From: a virus | Taxonomy: Duplodnaviria; Heunggongvirae; Uroviricota; Caudoviricetes | Length of the DNA stretch: 52,200 nucleotides | Virus record (IMG/VR): IMGVR_UViG_3300022660_003821 | Direction: 5' to 3' (one strand) | Part shown: positions 37,422 to 47,064 of the stretch, in pieces | Layout: each line of letters opens with the position of its first letter | Numbering within the stretch: position 1 is the stretch's first letter | Notes under the pieces: generated by a model | Seen by the model: only the letters and a program-made list of their open reading frames with translations | Database searches by the model: none | Told to the model about the DNA's origin: nothing | Translations under genes and position numbers: made by a program

Positions 37422-38750
37422 TTATTGCTTTAATACAAGACCTTCAGTTACCTTAATAGTTTTAGCAGTTCCAATAGGAACCATCGTGTACTGAATAATC
37501 AGCGTGTCATTTTGCAAGATGTTCTGATTAGCTGGAATGGTTACAGCACCAATACCGCTAATTTCCTCAGCTGCTACCATCGCGTTCAGAATGTCAGTAA
37601 TCAGATTGGTGAATACTGTAATCTGAGCAGTTGAAAGGTAGCCGGTTGCTGGATCAACTTTGATTGGAGAGTTTACGTAAGGGAGTAAAGCTGCACGAAC
37701 AGACCTACGAGACTTGTTGATTACTCGGTTACGAGCAATAGTGCGATAGTCACCATTTGAACAAGTAGAATCTCCAGAGAAATACACATGACCTTCAAGA
37801 CCCGCATATTTAACGAGGAATACGTAGCCCAACTCTTCAAGATTGTCCAGCTGAATCTGTGACAATGAAGAATACTTGGTAGAGTTAGTCAGCTTAGAGT
37901 CAACAACCTCTGCGTTACCAAAACCAAACTCAACATCTGGGAAGTAATTGATGAGGTCGAAGTGCTGTACCCAACCGATAGATTCAGCCACACTTGCTTG
38001 GGTTAAACAACCAAGAGCAGCACCTACAGTACCTACTGGAGTCTTTGATTCAAGCGCAATCTGCATCGCAGATACATCACTGTCGAGACCTTGACCCAAC
38101 AGAACTGTGACGTAGCGAGCATCAATTACGCAAGTTGGGATTTCACTCCAAACGATTGTGCTATCTTCACCAGTAGCAGTCTTTACCTTTGCTGAGTTAG
38201 CACAAAGCAAGATGCTTGCTGGAGCGTTATAGTTGTTGGCCATATTTTCTGCGACAGACTGCAAATCGCCTACAATCGCAATGCTATACTGTGAAGCAGA
38301 CTCATCCATCTTCTTCCACAAGTTTTGCTCAGTCCATACACCGAATTGGTTAATGATACCGAAAGAAGCCTTCTGCATATCAATTAACGCATCCCAGTTC
38401 TGTGAACAGTCAGCAAACATGACAAACAAACGACCAGAGCCACCAGCTAACTTGAAGAAATGCTCGATATGGTAATAAGGAATGCCATGTAAGAAATCCT
38501 TGCTTGTTCCATCCTCATCCATTTCGCCGGTATAAGCAGTGATACCAGCAGCAATAGCGTCATCAAGACTGTTTAACTCAATTACGTTGTCCTTCAATGA
38601 TTCTGCTAACGTAGCACCAGGACCCTTAGTCCAGAAATCTGGCTGAGCCGAAATGTCAAATAACAAACCGCATACCTTCTCGGTCAAATTAGAAATTTCT
38701 TTTCCAATATTGCCATCGGTATCAGTCATATATACGCCACCTAATGCCAT
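37422..38750 (-). CDS. Tail sheath protein (DUF2586-like)
   Basis: C-terminal DYRTIARNRVINKSRRSVRAALLP...ILNAMVAAEEISG; 442 aa. Confidence 0.85.
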   Translation of the reverse strand: MALGGVYMTDTDGNIGKEISNLTEKVCGLLFDISAQPDFWTKGPGATLAESLKDNVIELNSLDDAIAAGITAYTGEMDEDGTSKDFLHGIPYYHIEHFFKLAGGSGRLFVMFADCSQNWDALIDMQKASFGIINQFGVWTEQNLWKKMDESASQYSIAIVGDLQSVAENMANNYNAPASILLCANSAKVKTATGEDSTIVWSEIPTCVIDARYVTVLLGQGLDSDVSAMQIALESKTPVGTVGAALGCLTQASVAESIGWVQHFDLINYFPDVEFGFGNAEVVDSKLTNSTKYSSLSQIQLDNLEELGYVFLVKYAGLEGHVYFSGDSTCSNGDYRTIARNRVINKSRRSVRAALLPYVNSPIKVDPATGYLSTAQITVFTNLITDILNAMVAAEEISGIGAVTIPANQNILQNDTLIIQYTMVPIGTAKTIKVTEGLVLKQ

Positions 38751-38756
38751 TGTTTA

Positions 38757-39140
38757 TTATGATTTAGAATTATAAAAGGGATTTTTGTAAAGAATAGCGT
38801 TACCACGCAATGAAGGTTTAGCACTTGGAGAGAACACGCGACCAGTAGTGCTGACATACAATTCAGGCATATTGTAGAACGCCTTCAAAATACTTTGCAC
38901 ATTGGCTGGAATGTCCTTCTCTACAGGGGCCTTCTTTGCCGCACTCGCTTTAGGCTTTTCAACCTGCTCTGCTGGTTGCTCCACCTGCGCTTCAGGCATC
39001 TCTTCACTATTCTCTGGTTGAGGCTGTTCAACAACCTCTTCAGTTGTTTCTTGTGTTGTTTCTACCGCAGTTGGTACATTTTCAGGAGACTCAACTACCG
39101 CTGTTTCTACTGCGGGAACTTCTGCTTTCTTCTTTGCCAT
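38757..39140 (-). CDS. Hypothetical virion protein with low-complexity Glu/Pro/Ala/Thr N-terminus
   Basis: Between capsid and sheath; ordered-looking C-terminus ILKAFYNMPELYVSTTGRVFS. Confidence 0.6.
   Translation of the reverse strand: MAKKKAEVPAVETAVVESPENVPTAVETTQETTEEVVEQPQPENSEEMPEAQVEQPAEQVEKPKASAAKKAPVEKDIPANVQSILKAFYNMPELYVSTTGRVFSPSAKPSLRGNAILYKNPFYNSKS
38790..38818 (-). promoter_or_regulatory. Late-promoter motif AAC-N18-CTATTCTT ahead of the sheath, inside the upstream gene
   Basis: aagaatag 38790-38797; gtt 38816-38818. Confidence 0.65.
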
Positions 39141-39156
39141 AATAGTTAACTAAAAA

Positions 39157-39185
39157 GGGGAATGGAGCCTGTCCCTCCACTCCCC
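39157..39185 (-). terminator. Terminator after the major capsid gene
   Basis: Minus strand GGGGAGTGGAG-N7-CTCCATTCCCC-TTTTT. Confidence 0.8.
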
Positions 39186-39213
39186 AGGTTTATATAATCT
39201 ATACTGATTTCAA

Positions 39214-40272
39214 TTAAGTTGTAGCCTTGTACGCAGTCCAAACTACGATTTCAGAAGGAAGTACGATGTTAACATCGACCTTCATACGCATCTGGAAGAA
39301 GTACAACTCAGAGTTAGCTTGCAGACGCTCAACCTTTACAGACTCTTGGTCAGTAGCGTAGTCAACACCCATCCACAAACATGAATCCATACCGGTAGTG
39401 AACTTGCCGAGGAAGATGGTGTGCTCTGGAATACCATTAATCACAACGATCTTCTTACCCTTGAAGCGGTACTTGTTCACGTCAGCATTTTCTGAATACT
39501 TCACGTCCTTTGCAGAGAGATACTGGTCGTAAAGATCCCATGCCTCCCAGCCCATAACGAACTTCAGAGCATTAGACTTACGAAGATTCTTAGGACATGC
39601 GAGCCACATAGCATAGAGAGCCTTCTCTACCTGCTCACCAGTCATAAGAGTAGTATCACCAGCTACGATAACCTGACCACTTGCCTTCTCGTTAGTGTCT
39701 GTGCTATTGATGTTAGTGATTACGCGAGCAACGGCACCATCGAAATACTTCATAGGGCCGGCAGCAGACTCACCACCAATTACAGTGCTATCAGCAGGTG
39801 CGGTAATAGACTTGTCATCGCCGCCCTTCTTGCTACACCAAATACAGTCACCAAGATACTCGTCCTTACGGTCAATTAAGAGGTGAAGCATAGTTGCCTG
39901 TACCTTTGGATCAAGCTCACGGAAGATAAGTTCGCCTTCTGGTTGGAAAGGCTTCCAATACTCCTCAAAATCACGAGGATTAAATTCAAGATATACCATG
40001 AAATCCTGTGGCTCCAAGTAACGCTCCGAGTGAGTGTACTGGTTCAGACCATCTGCACCAACACCACCTTCAGTAGAAGTAGGAGTAGGCTTGTTGTCCT
40101 GAATAATCTTACCAAGCGATACGTGAGGAAGCGTAAACTTCTTTTGTACGCCAGGCTTAATATGCACAAGACCTTCACGGAAGGTGTCATTACCTTGCGC
40201 GGTATATACCAGCAAATCCTCTAAGACTTCACCTGCATAGGTATTACCTGCATAATTAATTGTTCCTGCCAT
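39214..40272 (-). CDS. Major capsid protein
   Basis: 352 aa directly after the protease/scaffold and followed by a terminator; assignment by synteny and size. Confidence 0.75.
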   Translation of the reverse strand: MAGTINYAGNTYAGEVLEDLLVYTAQGNDTFREGLVHIKPGVQKKFTLPHVSLGKIIQDNKPTPTSTEGGVGADGLNQYTHSERYLEPQDFMVYLEFNPRDFEEYWKPFQPEGELIFRELDPKVQATMLHLLIDRKDEYLGDCIWCSKKGGDDKSITAPADSTVIGGESAAGPMKYFDGAVARVITNINSTDTNEKASGQVIVAGDTTLMTGEQVEKALYAMWLACPKNLRKSNALKFVMGWEAWDLYDQYLSAKDVKYSENADVNKYRFKGKKIVVINGIPEHTIFLGKFTTGMDSCLWMGVDYATDQESVKVERLQANSELYFFQMRMKVDVNIVLPSEIVVWTAYKATT

Positions 40273-40285
40273 TTATTTGTACTTT

Positions 40286-40819
40286 TTAGAATTTCTTAAA
40301 TTCAACTTCGCCGACAACAGCCTGAACCTTCTCGGCCATCTTCTCTTCTGCTGTCTTCATTGCGTCCTGAACATGACTAATGTTCTCAGGGTCATTTGCA
40401 ATCTCCTTGCTAACCTTGTCACGACCTGGGATTGATGCCAGGGTAGCTTTTACCATCTCAAAGTTGGTGTTAGCCATTGCAACCCATGACTCCTTAGCAG
40501 ACTCATCAATTTTGCCGGCCTCGATAGCCGCCTGTACTGTATTCTCGATCTCAGCCGCCAAAGCTGCCTTCTCAGCATCCTGATACTTCTGTAAAGAAGC
40601 CTTCACTTCAGCAAGTTCATCGCCCATGTTCTTAACTTCAGCTTCCTTACCTTGATACTTGATTTGCAACTCGCTCAACTGTGACTTGACATCTTTCAAA
40701 TCGCTTTCAGCTTTCAGCAAATCGGTAATACGGCTGGAAACATTCGCTACAGGAACATCGTTAGAAAAACCAAGCTGTGCGCATACAGCACCAAAACTTA
40801 CATTTTCTTTGTTTTCCAT
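40286..40819 (-). CDS. Nested in-frame scaffold protein (Met244 start, 177 aa)
   Basis: ATG at 40819 is in frame, with AT-rich leader, and a late-promoter motif lies 36 nt upstream. Confidence 0.6.
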   Translation of the reverse strand: MENKENVSFGAVCAQLGFSNDVPVANVSSRITDLLKAESDLKDVKSQLSELQIKYQGKEAEVKNMGDELAEVKASLQKYQDAEKAALAAEIENTVQAAIEAGKIDESAKESWVAMANTNFEMVKATLASIPGRDKVSKEIANDPENISHVQDAMKTAEEKMAEKVQAVVGEVEFKKF

Positions 40820-41548
40820 TACTTTTTGTTCTTGAAAATTTTGTTCATTTTGATTATGAATAGCAACTAACTTCTCCAGAAGTTTATTTTCATCAAGTTC
40901 TTCTGCCATAGAAGCCATGATGTCACGTAAAGAAGTTGCGCTTGTCACACCTTCAATTTGATTTTTAACTTTATCGCATACCTGTTTTGAGGTTTTCAAA
41001 ATATTAGTTGCGGGGAGAATACCGGCTGCTACAGCTTCTTTTGCGCTGAAATAAGTCCCATCAGCATCACCTTCACCATCCATGATACTTCTAACCTTTT
41101 CCTTAGTAAGACCGAAGCGTTTTTGATATATAGTCTCCAACTGACCTCTAAAGGCATTGAGCATATTCTTTACCGTTTCGTCATCAGAGTCCTTATCATA
41201 AATGAAAGGATTGTGAATCATGAGGATTGAATAATCGTGCATATAAAGATGGTCTCCAGCGGCCCAGATAACGCTACCCATCGAAGCTGCAATACCTTCA
41301 ATTACACAATCCACTTCAATAGGACAAGATTGAATAATTGAGAATGTGCTCATTCCATACATGACGGAGCCTCCATCAGAATTAATAAGCACAACAATCT
41401 TAGAAGGTTGCACACAATTCTGAAGCCACAAGAACTCTTCATTAAAGCATTGAGTCGAATAGCTATCTACAGGACCAAAAAAGCGGATTATAGCAGGTGC
41501 ATCTTTAGAAGCCTTGCCTACAACATATTTCAATTTGTTTGTGTCCAT
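40286..41548 (-). CDS. ClpP-like prohead maturation protease fused to a scaffold domain
   Basis: INSDGGSV, IEGIAASMGSVI (catalytic Ser), ILMIHNP (His), TYFSAKEAVAAG; coiled-coil C-terminal part. Confidence 0.9.
   Translation of the reverse strand: MDTNKLKYVVGKASKDAPAIIRFFGPVDSYSTQCFNEEFLWLQNCVQPSKIVVLINSDGGSVMYGMSTFSIIQSCPIEVDCVIEGIAASMGSVIWAAGDHLYMHDYSILMIHNPFIYDKDSDDETVKNMLNAFRGQLETIYQKRFGLTKEKVRSIMDGEGDADGTYFSAKEAVAAGILPATNILKTSKQVCDKVKNQIEGVTSATSLRDIMASMAEELDENKLLEKLVAIHNQNEQNFQEQKVMENKENVSFGAVCAQLGFSNDVPVANVSSRITDLLKAESDLKDVKSQLSELQIKYQGKEAEVKNMGDELAEVKASLQKYQDAEKAALAAEIENTVQAAIEAGKIDESAKESWVAMANTNFEMVKATLASIPGRDKVSKEIANDPENISHVQDAMKTAEEKMAEKVQAVVGEVEFKKF
40856..40884 (-). promoter_or_regulatory. 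Late-promoter motif AAC-N18-CTATTCAT inside the protease gene, ahead of scaffold and capsid
   Basis: atgaatag 40856-40863; gtt 40882-40884. Confidence 0.65.
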
Positions 41549-41566
41549 TGTTTTCTTTGATTTTCT

Positions 41567-41596
41567 GAAGAATAGAATTTGTTGAAATAAAAAGTT
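41567..41596 (-). promoter_or_regulatory. Late-promoter motif AAC-N18-CTATTCTTC ahead of the protease
   Basis: gaagaatag 41567-41575; gtt 41594-41596. Confidence 0.7.
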
Positions 41597-41614
41597 GTAA
41601 AAATCACATGATTA

Positions 41615-42337
41615 TTAGGCACTAAAACCTGCCGCATCTTCAATAGTTGGAGATTTATGATTGTCATGACCATCAGTATTGCATTCCTGATTTTGGTCTG
41701 AGTGGTTTGTAAAGGGTGGAGCTACTATATATCTATCCACATAATTCTTATACCGATACGAAGAATATTCTGAAAACCAAACCTCATAATCTATCCAAAA
41801 TGGTTGCAGCCCATCATCAAAAGACTCTGGTTGGTCAAAATATGTTAGTTGGAACCTTTCTGTTAATGCTGGAAATTCATGTTTGCGGTCTTGAATCGCA
41901 GCATTGATTCTTTGAAATAGTTCATAGCCTTCCAGTTCATGATCTGTATCGCTGTTATTTAATCGGTTAAGAACATATTGAATACGCATAGTCGCGCGAC
42001 CTTCACCAATACGTGATTGTTGCACTAAATAATAAACATTAATAAAGTGCAAGAATACGGCAGGGAAAGCAATGGCGTACTCTTTGTTCCACTTGTTATT
42101 TTTCAAGCGACTTAGTTGTCCATTATTTAACTTTATGGTACGGAACAAAGGTGGACTATCAGGGTCATTCTCATTTAATTTGAGGTCTCCTAATATATTT
42201 TTTACAGCCCTATACACTTCGCATAAAGCATTAGTCGTGTACAATTCTTTCTCTTGACTGATAGGGCTATCATTGACGGCTTGCTGGATGGCTTGCACAT
42301 CCTCTTGTTCAAGCGGTTTATATTTATCTACTATCAT
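41615..42337 (-). CDS. Putative tail terminator/head-tail joining protein
   Basis: Synteny; IAFPAVFLHF motif. Confidence 0.5.
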   Translation of the reverse strand: MIVDKYKPLEQEDVQAIQQAVNDSPISQEKELYTTNALCEVYRAVKNILGDLKLNENDPDSPPLFRTIKLNNGQLSRLKNNKWNKEYAIAFPAVFLHFINVYYLVQQSRIGEGRATMRIQYVLNRLNNSDTDHELEGYELFQRINAAIQDRKHEFPALTERFQLTYFDQPESFDDGLQPFWIDYEVWFSEYSSYRYKNYVDRYIVAPPFTNHSDQNQECNTDGHDNHKSPTIEDAAGFSA

Positions 42338-42837
42338 TTAGGAAATCCGCTAAATATAACTGTCGATAACTGCATCAATTTATCTTTTAATACGGTAGAG
42401 TGTCCGATATACTGTCTTTGTATGCTACGAACCCCAGTGTGGCCGTATGTATATGTTCCACTTTTTGCGTTATGGACTGCCGCATAACAAAAACCGCGAT
42501 GGCGTTTGGTGTGCTTAAATCCATTTGGGTCTGTATAAATCCTCACTCCAGAAGGAGAAGATTTATCAGATATATGTTTCCATTTTATTGAATTTTTCAA
42601 TGAAGATGTTTCATTGAGCAATGGATGTTTTTTTCTATCCCGGCGTGGCCTCCAAGGTAAGGAACCAGAAGTGTTTAGACGTTTCAAATCAAATGACTCT
42701 TTGAAAATTGAGACAGCAGCTTTTCCGGCTTGCACTTCAAAGTTCCAAACATTCACTTGAAATTTGTGAGGCAAATGTCTCCATTGAGCAATCATTTGCT
42801 GTGGCGAAATAGGAATGCCGACAACTTTTTTAGCCAT
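42334..42837 (-). CDS. Phage virion morphogenesis (Mu gpG-like) protein
   Basis: PLLNETSSLKNSI...YAAVHN...IQRQYIGHS. Confidence 0.75.
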   Translation of the reverse strand: MAKKVVGIPISPQQMIAQWRHLPHKFQVNVWNFEVQAGKAAVSIFKESFDLKRLNTSGSLPWRPRRDRKKHPLLNETSSLKNSIKWKHISDKSSPSGVRIYTDPNGFKHTKRHRGFCYAAVHNAKSGTYTYGHTGVRSIQRQYIGHSTVLKDKLMQLSTVIFSGFPK

Positions 42838-43678
42838 TGAAATACTTTGATTTGATTCTATTAGCTATTGACTGCAATACTTCAACATGTTCACTTTGAA
42901 TTTGGAAATATGGATGCTCGTCTGAAAATATTCTCCCACCCAGTGCCACGCTTTCCTTAAATGTTGGATTGAACCATTCTGGAACCTCTGGTATTCTAAT
43001 GGCTGCGTTTTGCACATCACGTATCTGGCCGACAATACTGTCTTCCACCAAGTAACAACGACACGCATGTTCAATAGGTGGAATTAACCAAGCGGGGAAA
43101 GATGCTTTCGGCGCAGAATAACCTTCATATTGTAAATGCCAAGGTCTTACACGCTCATCCCCTTGCGTCATATATGTTAAGACTGTATTATTAGAAATGA
43201 ACAGTAATTGTGCGGCCACAATCATAGCATATTCAGCATCCTGATTCTCAATTAAAGCATATCTATCATTGTATTTTGAGAAAATTGCAAAAATCTCATC
43301 TTGCTCTTCCTCTTCAAGTTCTTCCATATTTTCAATTTCTGGAAGTTCCTGAGCCATTTGATATTCTTCCGCTACTGCAAAATCTACCAAATTATCAATA
43401 GCGGCCACAATGATATTGCGTTTCGCTTTATCTTGCTCCGACAACCCATCTTCTGCATTACGAAGCAGCTCCAATGCTGTATCATATTCCAGTCCAAAAC
43501 CTTCAAGCGCGTGATGAATTGCGAAATCAGCCCTTAAAGCCATCAATTCCTCCATCACTTCCCAAGATTCCATATCATTAGGAATACTATCAAGCAATTT
43601 TTCAAATATAACCAAGAGGGCCATAAATTCTTCTTTATGGCGATTATCATCTTGATTAGGCAACTTATTTGCTTGCAC
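42830..43678 (-). CDS. Head morphogenesis protein (Mu gpF/SPP1 gp7-like)
   Basis: YMTQGDERVRPWHLQYEG...PPIEHACRC. Confidence 0.85.
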   Translation of the reverse strand: MQANKLPNQDDNRHKEEFMALLVIFEKLLDSIPNDMESWEVMEELMALRADFAIHHALEGFGLEYDTALELLRNAEDGLSEQDKAKRNIIVAAIDNLVDFAVAEEYQMAQELPEIENMEELEEEEQDEIFAIFSKYNDRYALIENQDAEYAMIVAAQLLFISNNTVLTYMTQGDERVRPWHLQYEGYSAPKASFPAWLIPPIEHACRCYLVEDSIVGQIRDVQNAAIRIPEVPEWFNPTFKESVALGGRIFSDEHPYFQIQSEHVEVLQSIANRIKSKYFNG

Positions 43679-43698
43679 ACTGGAGAGAGAAGCGTTGC

Positions 43699-45012
43699 CT
43701 ATCGCTTCCTCTCCTTTAGAAAATTTACAGCACCACGATGTCTGCCGTATCTTTTATAGTATTCTTCATCAGACATACGGTATGTGTCATCACCACCTCT
43801 GGCTCCGACTCCACCGACATTCGGATTCTCCAGGTTTAATTGCCGACCAACAGTAACACCAAACACCTTTTCAATTTCATCTGCTGCAATTTCATAACGC
43901 TCTGTCAAGAAAGTGTAAAGGTCAATTTGGTCTTTGTTTGACATCTCTAAACGCTTTGAATACTTGAACTCCAGTCCATCTTCAATATACCCCATTGCTA
44001 CTAAGCGAGGTATAATCTCTTCATTCATGACATTTTCAATATATTCACGATATACCTCTACGCGGTCACGGAAAATATCTTGATGTGCATTGGTTGCACC
44101 AACATAAGATTGGGTGGCACCAGCCATAGACTCAGAACCAAGTATCAAATTTGACACTTCCTTATCAACGACCTCCATCAACCCAGTAAAAACTTTCTCT
44201 GAATTAGACATGGTAAAAGTCTTAATATCAACTTCATCATTCAGACCAGTTACAATTACCTTATTCTGTGCGGCACTTGCAATGTCATTTGCAAGGCGTT
44301 TACGGTCTTGCGAATTATCAGACTCTGTTTTACCATGAATAATCGGTTGGCCATAAGTATGACTAAAATTCACATAATTAGCCAACGTGAACTTCTTAGC
44401 AAGAATTAGAGGGGTTGTAGCAGAAAACAAACCAAGTGTTCCTGAATTAATAAGCACGTAATGATTATAATATTGCGGAGACTCAAAATCCCACCCAGGA
44501 CTCCATATACCCTGTCTGCGAACAATACGTTTCTGATCTGGGAGAACATTGCGTCTTTCAATAATATTAACCTCTTTAAGTTTTCCAGTCTTCTCATCAA
44601 TATCTGGCAAAATTTCTAAGGCAGTAAAACCATAGAGTTTAGATTCCACGATACCTTTTATGATTTTAATAAACTGGGTGCCTTGTATCTTTCGGGTTGC
44701 AGCCACATCCTTCACATACTTACCCTTTTCATTTTGGCGAGCCAACATGTAGCGTTCTCCCACGATTTGAGATTCAAGCGTTTCAAGCACGGCAGATAAG
44801 TGCGCATCCTGTTGAACGCACGCATCATATAAGTCAATTAACTTTCCACGATCATCTAACACCGTGCCATTGACCACCTGATTCTGTACAGACTTGAAAC
44901 GACAATATCGCTCAATCTCCCTGACATATTCTTGAATCGTTTTTTTGCTGGTTCTAAATATACTCTCCAGCAAATCAACATTGAATTTTTCTTCACTATT
45001 AACAGTAGCCAT
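43699..45012 (-). CDS. Portal protein (DUF935/Mu gp29-like); start revised to ATG 45012
   Basis: LYDACVQQDAHLSAVLETL, NFSHTYGQPIIHGK, LILGSES. The ORF-track start at 45066 lies upstream of the late-promoter motif (45031-45060). Confidence 0.85.
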   Translation of the reverse strand: MATVNSEEKFNVDLLESIFRTSKKTIQEYVREIERYCRFKSVQNQVVNGTVLDDRGKLIDLYDACVQQDAHLSAVLETLESQIVGERYMLARQNEKGKYVKDVAATRKIQGTQFIKIIKGIVESKLYGFTALEILPDIDEKTGKLKEVNIIERRNVLPDQKRIVRRQGIWSPGWDFESPQYYNHYVLINSGTLGLFSATTPLILAKKFTLANYVNFSHTYGQPIIHGKTESDNSQDRKRLANDIASAAQNKVIVTGLNDEVDIKTFTMSNSEKVFTGLMEVVDKEVSNLILGSESMAGATQSYVGATNAHQDIFRDRVEVYREYIENVMNEEIIPRLVAMGYIEDGLEFKYSKRLEMSNKDQIDLYTFLTERYEIAADEIEKVFGVTVGRQLNLENPNVGGVGARGGDDTYRMSDEEYYKRYGRHRGAVNFLKERKR

Positions 45013-45030
45013 TATATTCTTTTTTTTACA

Positions 45031-45060
45031 GAAGAATAGGTTAAATGACCGCTTTTCGTT
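45031..45060 (-). promoter_or_regulatory. Late-promoter motif AAC-N18-CTATTCTTC ahead of the portal
   Basis: gaagaatag 45031-45039; gtt 45058-45060. Confidence 0.7.
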
Positions 45061-45188
45061 TGCCAAAATGGAAATTTCAAAATTTCACTTTACCTAATTG
45101 GAATATTTGAAATAAAAAATCCAAATACTTAAAACATTGATATACAGATATAGAATAAAAATAAATATGTTAAAAGTATAGATTTTGT

Positions 45189-45219
45189 TTTGCTACTTTC
45201 AATATATTTATTACCTTTG
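45189..45219 (+). promoter_or_regulatory. Bacteroidota housekeeping promoter for the rightward arm
   Basis: TTTG (45189-45192)-N19-TACCTTTG (45212-45219). Confidence 0.8.
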
Positions 45220-45260
45220 CACTCGAATGGTATATTCATCATTAATTAAATTACAATAAT

Positions 45261-45806
45261 ATGAACGGATTTGATTTTTACCGTATTAAAACGGAGTGGG
45301 TCTCAGAAAGAGACGGAGGAAACTTGGCAAAAGTCAAGACAGAAGAATTGGTGTATGTTTCAAGCTACACTGAAGCGGAAAAAGTGGCTTACGCTATCGC
45401 TGAAAGTGAAAACAGAACCCAGTTTGGAAGCATTAACATTGAAATCATCAAAACGAAGATTACAGAATTGGTGTACAGTGATGTTTTAGCACAAGACACA
45501 GATATGACTGCTGGACTGATCTGCAATTTCTTTGAAGAGGATGAAGATACCGGCGTTGGTCTGTATTGCGTAAAGGTTATGTTTATTGAGGTTGACGAAA
45601 AAACTGGAAAAGAGAAACGCTCAAATGAAAACATTTACGTGCCAGCCATTTCCAACATTGAAGCCGCACAATATGTACGCGAATATCTTAAAAAGGTAGG
45701 AGAAATGCGTGAGTTTATCGTGCGAGACACTAAATTTGACAAAGCCGCTGCAATTCTCTGGCCGGCAGAAGTACATCAGGAAAAAACAAGACTTATTGGA
45801 GCTTAA
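45261..45806 (+). CDS. DUF4494-like protein (internally duplicated)
   Basis: FYRIKTEW...EELVYVSSYTEAE and LYCVKVMF...NIYVPAISNIEAA. Confidence 0.7.
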   Translation: MNGFDFYRIKTEWVSERDGGNLAKVKTEELVYVSSYTEAEKVAYAIAESENRTQFGSINIEIIKTKITELVYSDVLAQDTDMTAGLICNFFEEDEDTGVGLYCVKVMFIEVDEKTGKEKRSNENIYVPAISNIEAAQYVREYLKKVGEMREFIVRDTKFDKAAAILWPAEVHQEKTRLIGA

Positions 45807-46261
45807 TGTTCCCCAAAATTACTGGAAAGCCTATACAATTAACGTGTTCAGAGCCGGCGATTCCAGAGTTTCCCGAATTGCTCTTTGGGAGTTCAATTGA
45901 TAATGACATCTCAGTCTTTGATGCCACTGCATATCTTCAAAACAAAGGACTTCAATTAACTGTAACAGCGTTCTTCAAACAATACGAAGCACTCATCAAA
46001 AACTTGATACGTTCATATAATATGGATGAAGAACAAGTATGCAAGCTAAATCATGAAGGCCACTATTTAATTGACGGTAACTTTGCTTACCTTTTCATCT
46101 CTTTTGTCGAACCTGATTTCTTAGCATATATGTGTGATAGAATCCATGAGCTATTCAGTAATGGATTTTGCATTTCGGACACATATCTTGTACAAGCAGC
46201 CAAAAATAGGCTCACTAAGAATGTTATGGACACGATATTAGAGTATGAGCAAAATCAGTAG
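45806..46261 (+). CDS. KilA-N-like DNA-binding protein
   Basis: VFDATAYL...AYLFISFVEPDFLAYMCDRIHELFSNG. Confidence 0.55.
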   Translation: MFPKITGKPIQLTCSEPAIPEFPELLFGSSIDNDISVFDATAYLQNKGLQLTVTAFFKQYEALIKNLIRSYNMDEEQVCKLNHEGHYLIDGNFAYLFISFVEPDFLAYMCDRIHELFSNGFCISDTYLVQAAKNRLTKNVMDTILEYEQNQ

Positions 46262-46607
46262 TCAATCAAAAAGGGTTTTAGTATTCAACCCACTCAAAAA
46301 GCTCATTGCTATTTACCAATCCGCATTTGCTGCCTCCAGATCATTTGGGGTTCAAAGACCATCAATTGCATCTGTATGTACAGGTATTTCTATGTCATGC
46401 AAGGGTATGTATTTTCGATACCTTCAAGATGACATAGAAGTTACATTTGAAGATCTTGGTACATTGAGACTGGAAGAATACGACCAATTATGTGGAGTTA
46501 AGCGACAACTTTACAAAACTAAAAACATGAGTCGCAAAGGAACAAAATATAAAACCAAAAACAAAAGGAGTTATGAAAGTACAGATTGTAAACAAGTCAA
46601 AGCATGA
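46245..46607 (+). CDS. NUMOD1-like HTH protein
   Basis: [39 protein letters not shown]...KGMYFRY. Confidence 0.7.
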   Translation: MSKISSQSKRVLVFNPLKKLIAIYQSAFAASRSFGVQRPSIASVCTGISMSCKGMYFRYLQDDIEVTFEDLGTLRLEEYDQLCGVKRQLYKTKNMSRKGTKYKTKNKRSYESTDCKQVKA

Positions 46608-47007
46608 GTTGCCTAAGTATGCAACAAAGTTATCAGCAGGTATGGATTTACGTGCGAACATTGACGAACCCGTAGTGTTGCAGCCAGGAGAAAGACGTTT
46701 GATTCCTACAGGCATACACATTGGTCTTCCACAAGGATATGAAGCACAGGTTAGACCTCGTAGCGGATTGGCACTAAAACATGGCATTACGTGCCTAAAC
46801 TCACCGGGAACAATTGATGCAGACTACACTGGAGAGGTAGGTGTAATTCTCATCAATCATGGACATGAGCCATTCACCATCAACGATGGAGACCGCATTG
46901 CACAAATGGTAATTGCAAAATTCAAAAAGGCAGCGTGGGTCGAAGTGGATGTATTACAAGACACTGAACGTGGTGATGGTGGCTTTGGGCATACAGGAAA
47001 ACAGTAA
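46573..47007 (+). CDS. dut: dUTPase (trimeric)
   Basis: [44 protein letters not shown]. Confidence 0.97.
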   Translation: MKVQIVNKSKHELPKYATKLSAGMDLRANIDEPVVLQPGERRLIPTGIHIGLPQGYEAQVRPRSGLALKHGITCLNSPGTIDADYTGEVGVILINHGHEPFTINDGDRIAQMVIAKFKKAAWVEVDVLQDTERGDGGFGHTGKQ

Positions 47008-47022
47008 TTAACAATCAAACAA

Positions 47023-47058
47023 GGGCACATTGCCAATAGTGGTTATGTGCCCATTTTT
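47023..47058 (+). terminator. Terminator after dut
   Basis: GGGCACAT...ATGTGCCC followed by ATTTTT. Confidence 0.6.
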
Positions 47059-47064
47059 ATAATT

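Noticed and set aside
29051-38750. Tailocin or Bacteroidales injection system (eCIS)
   Set aside because: Portal, protease, capsid and head-morphogenesis genes are contiguous with the tail genes, so this is a phage.
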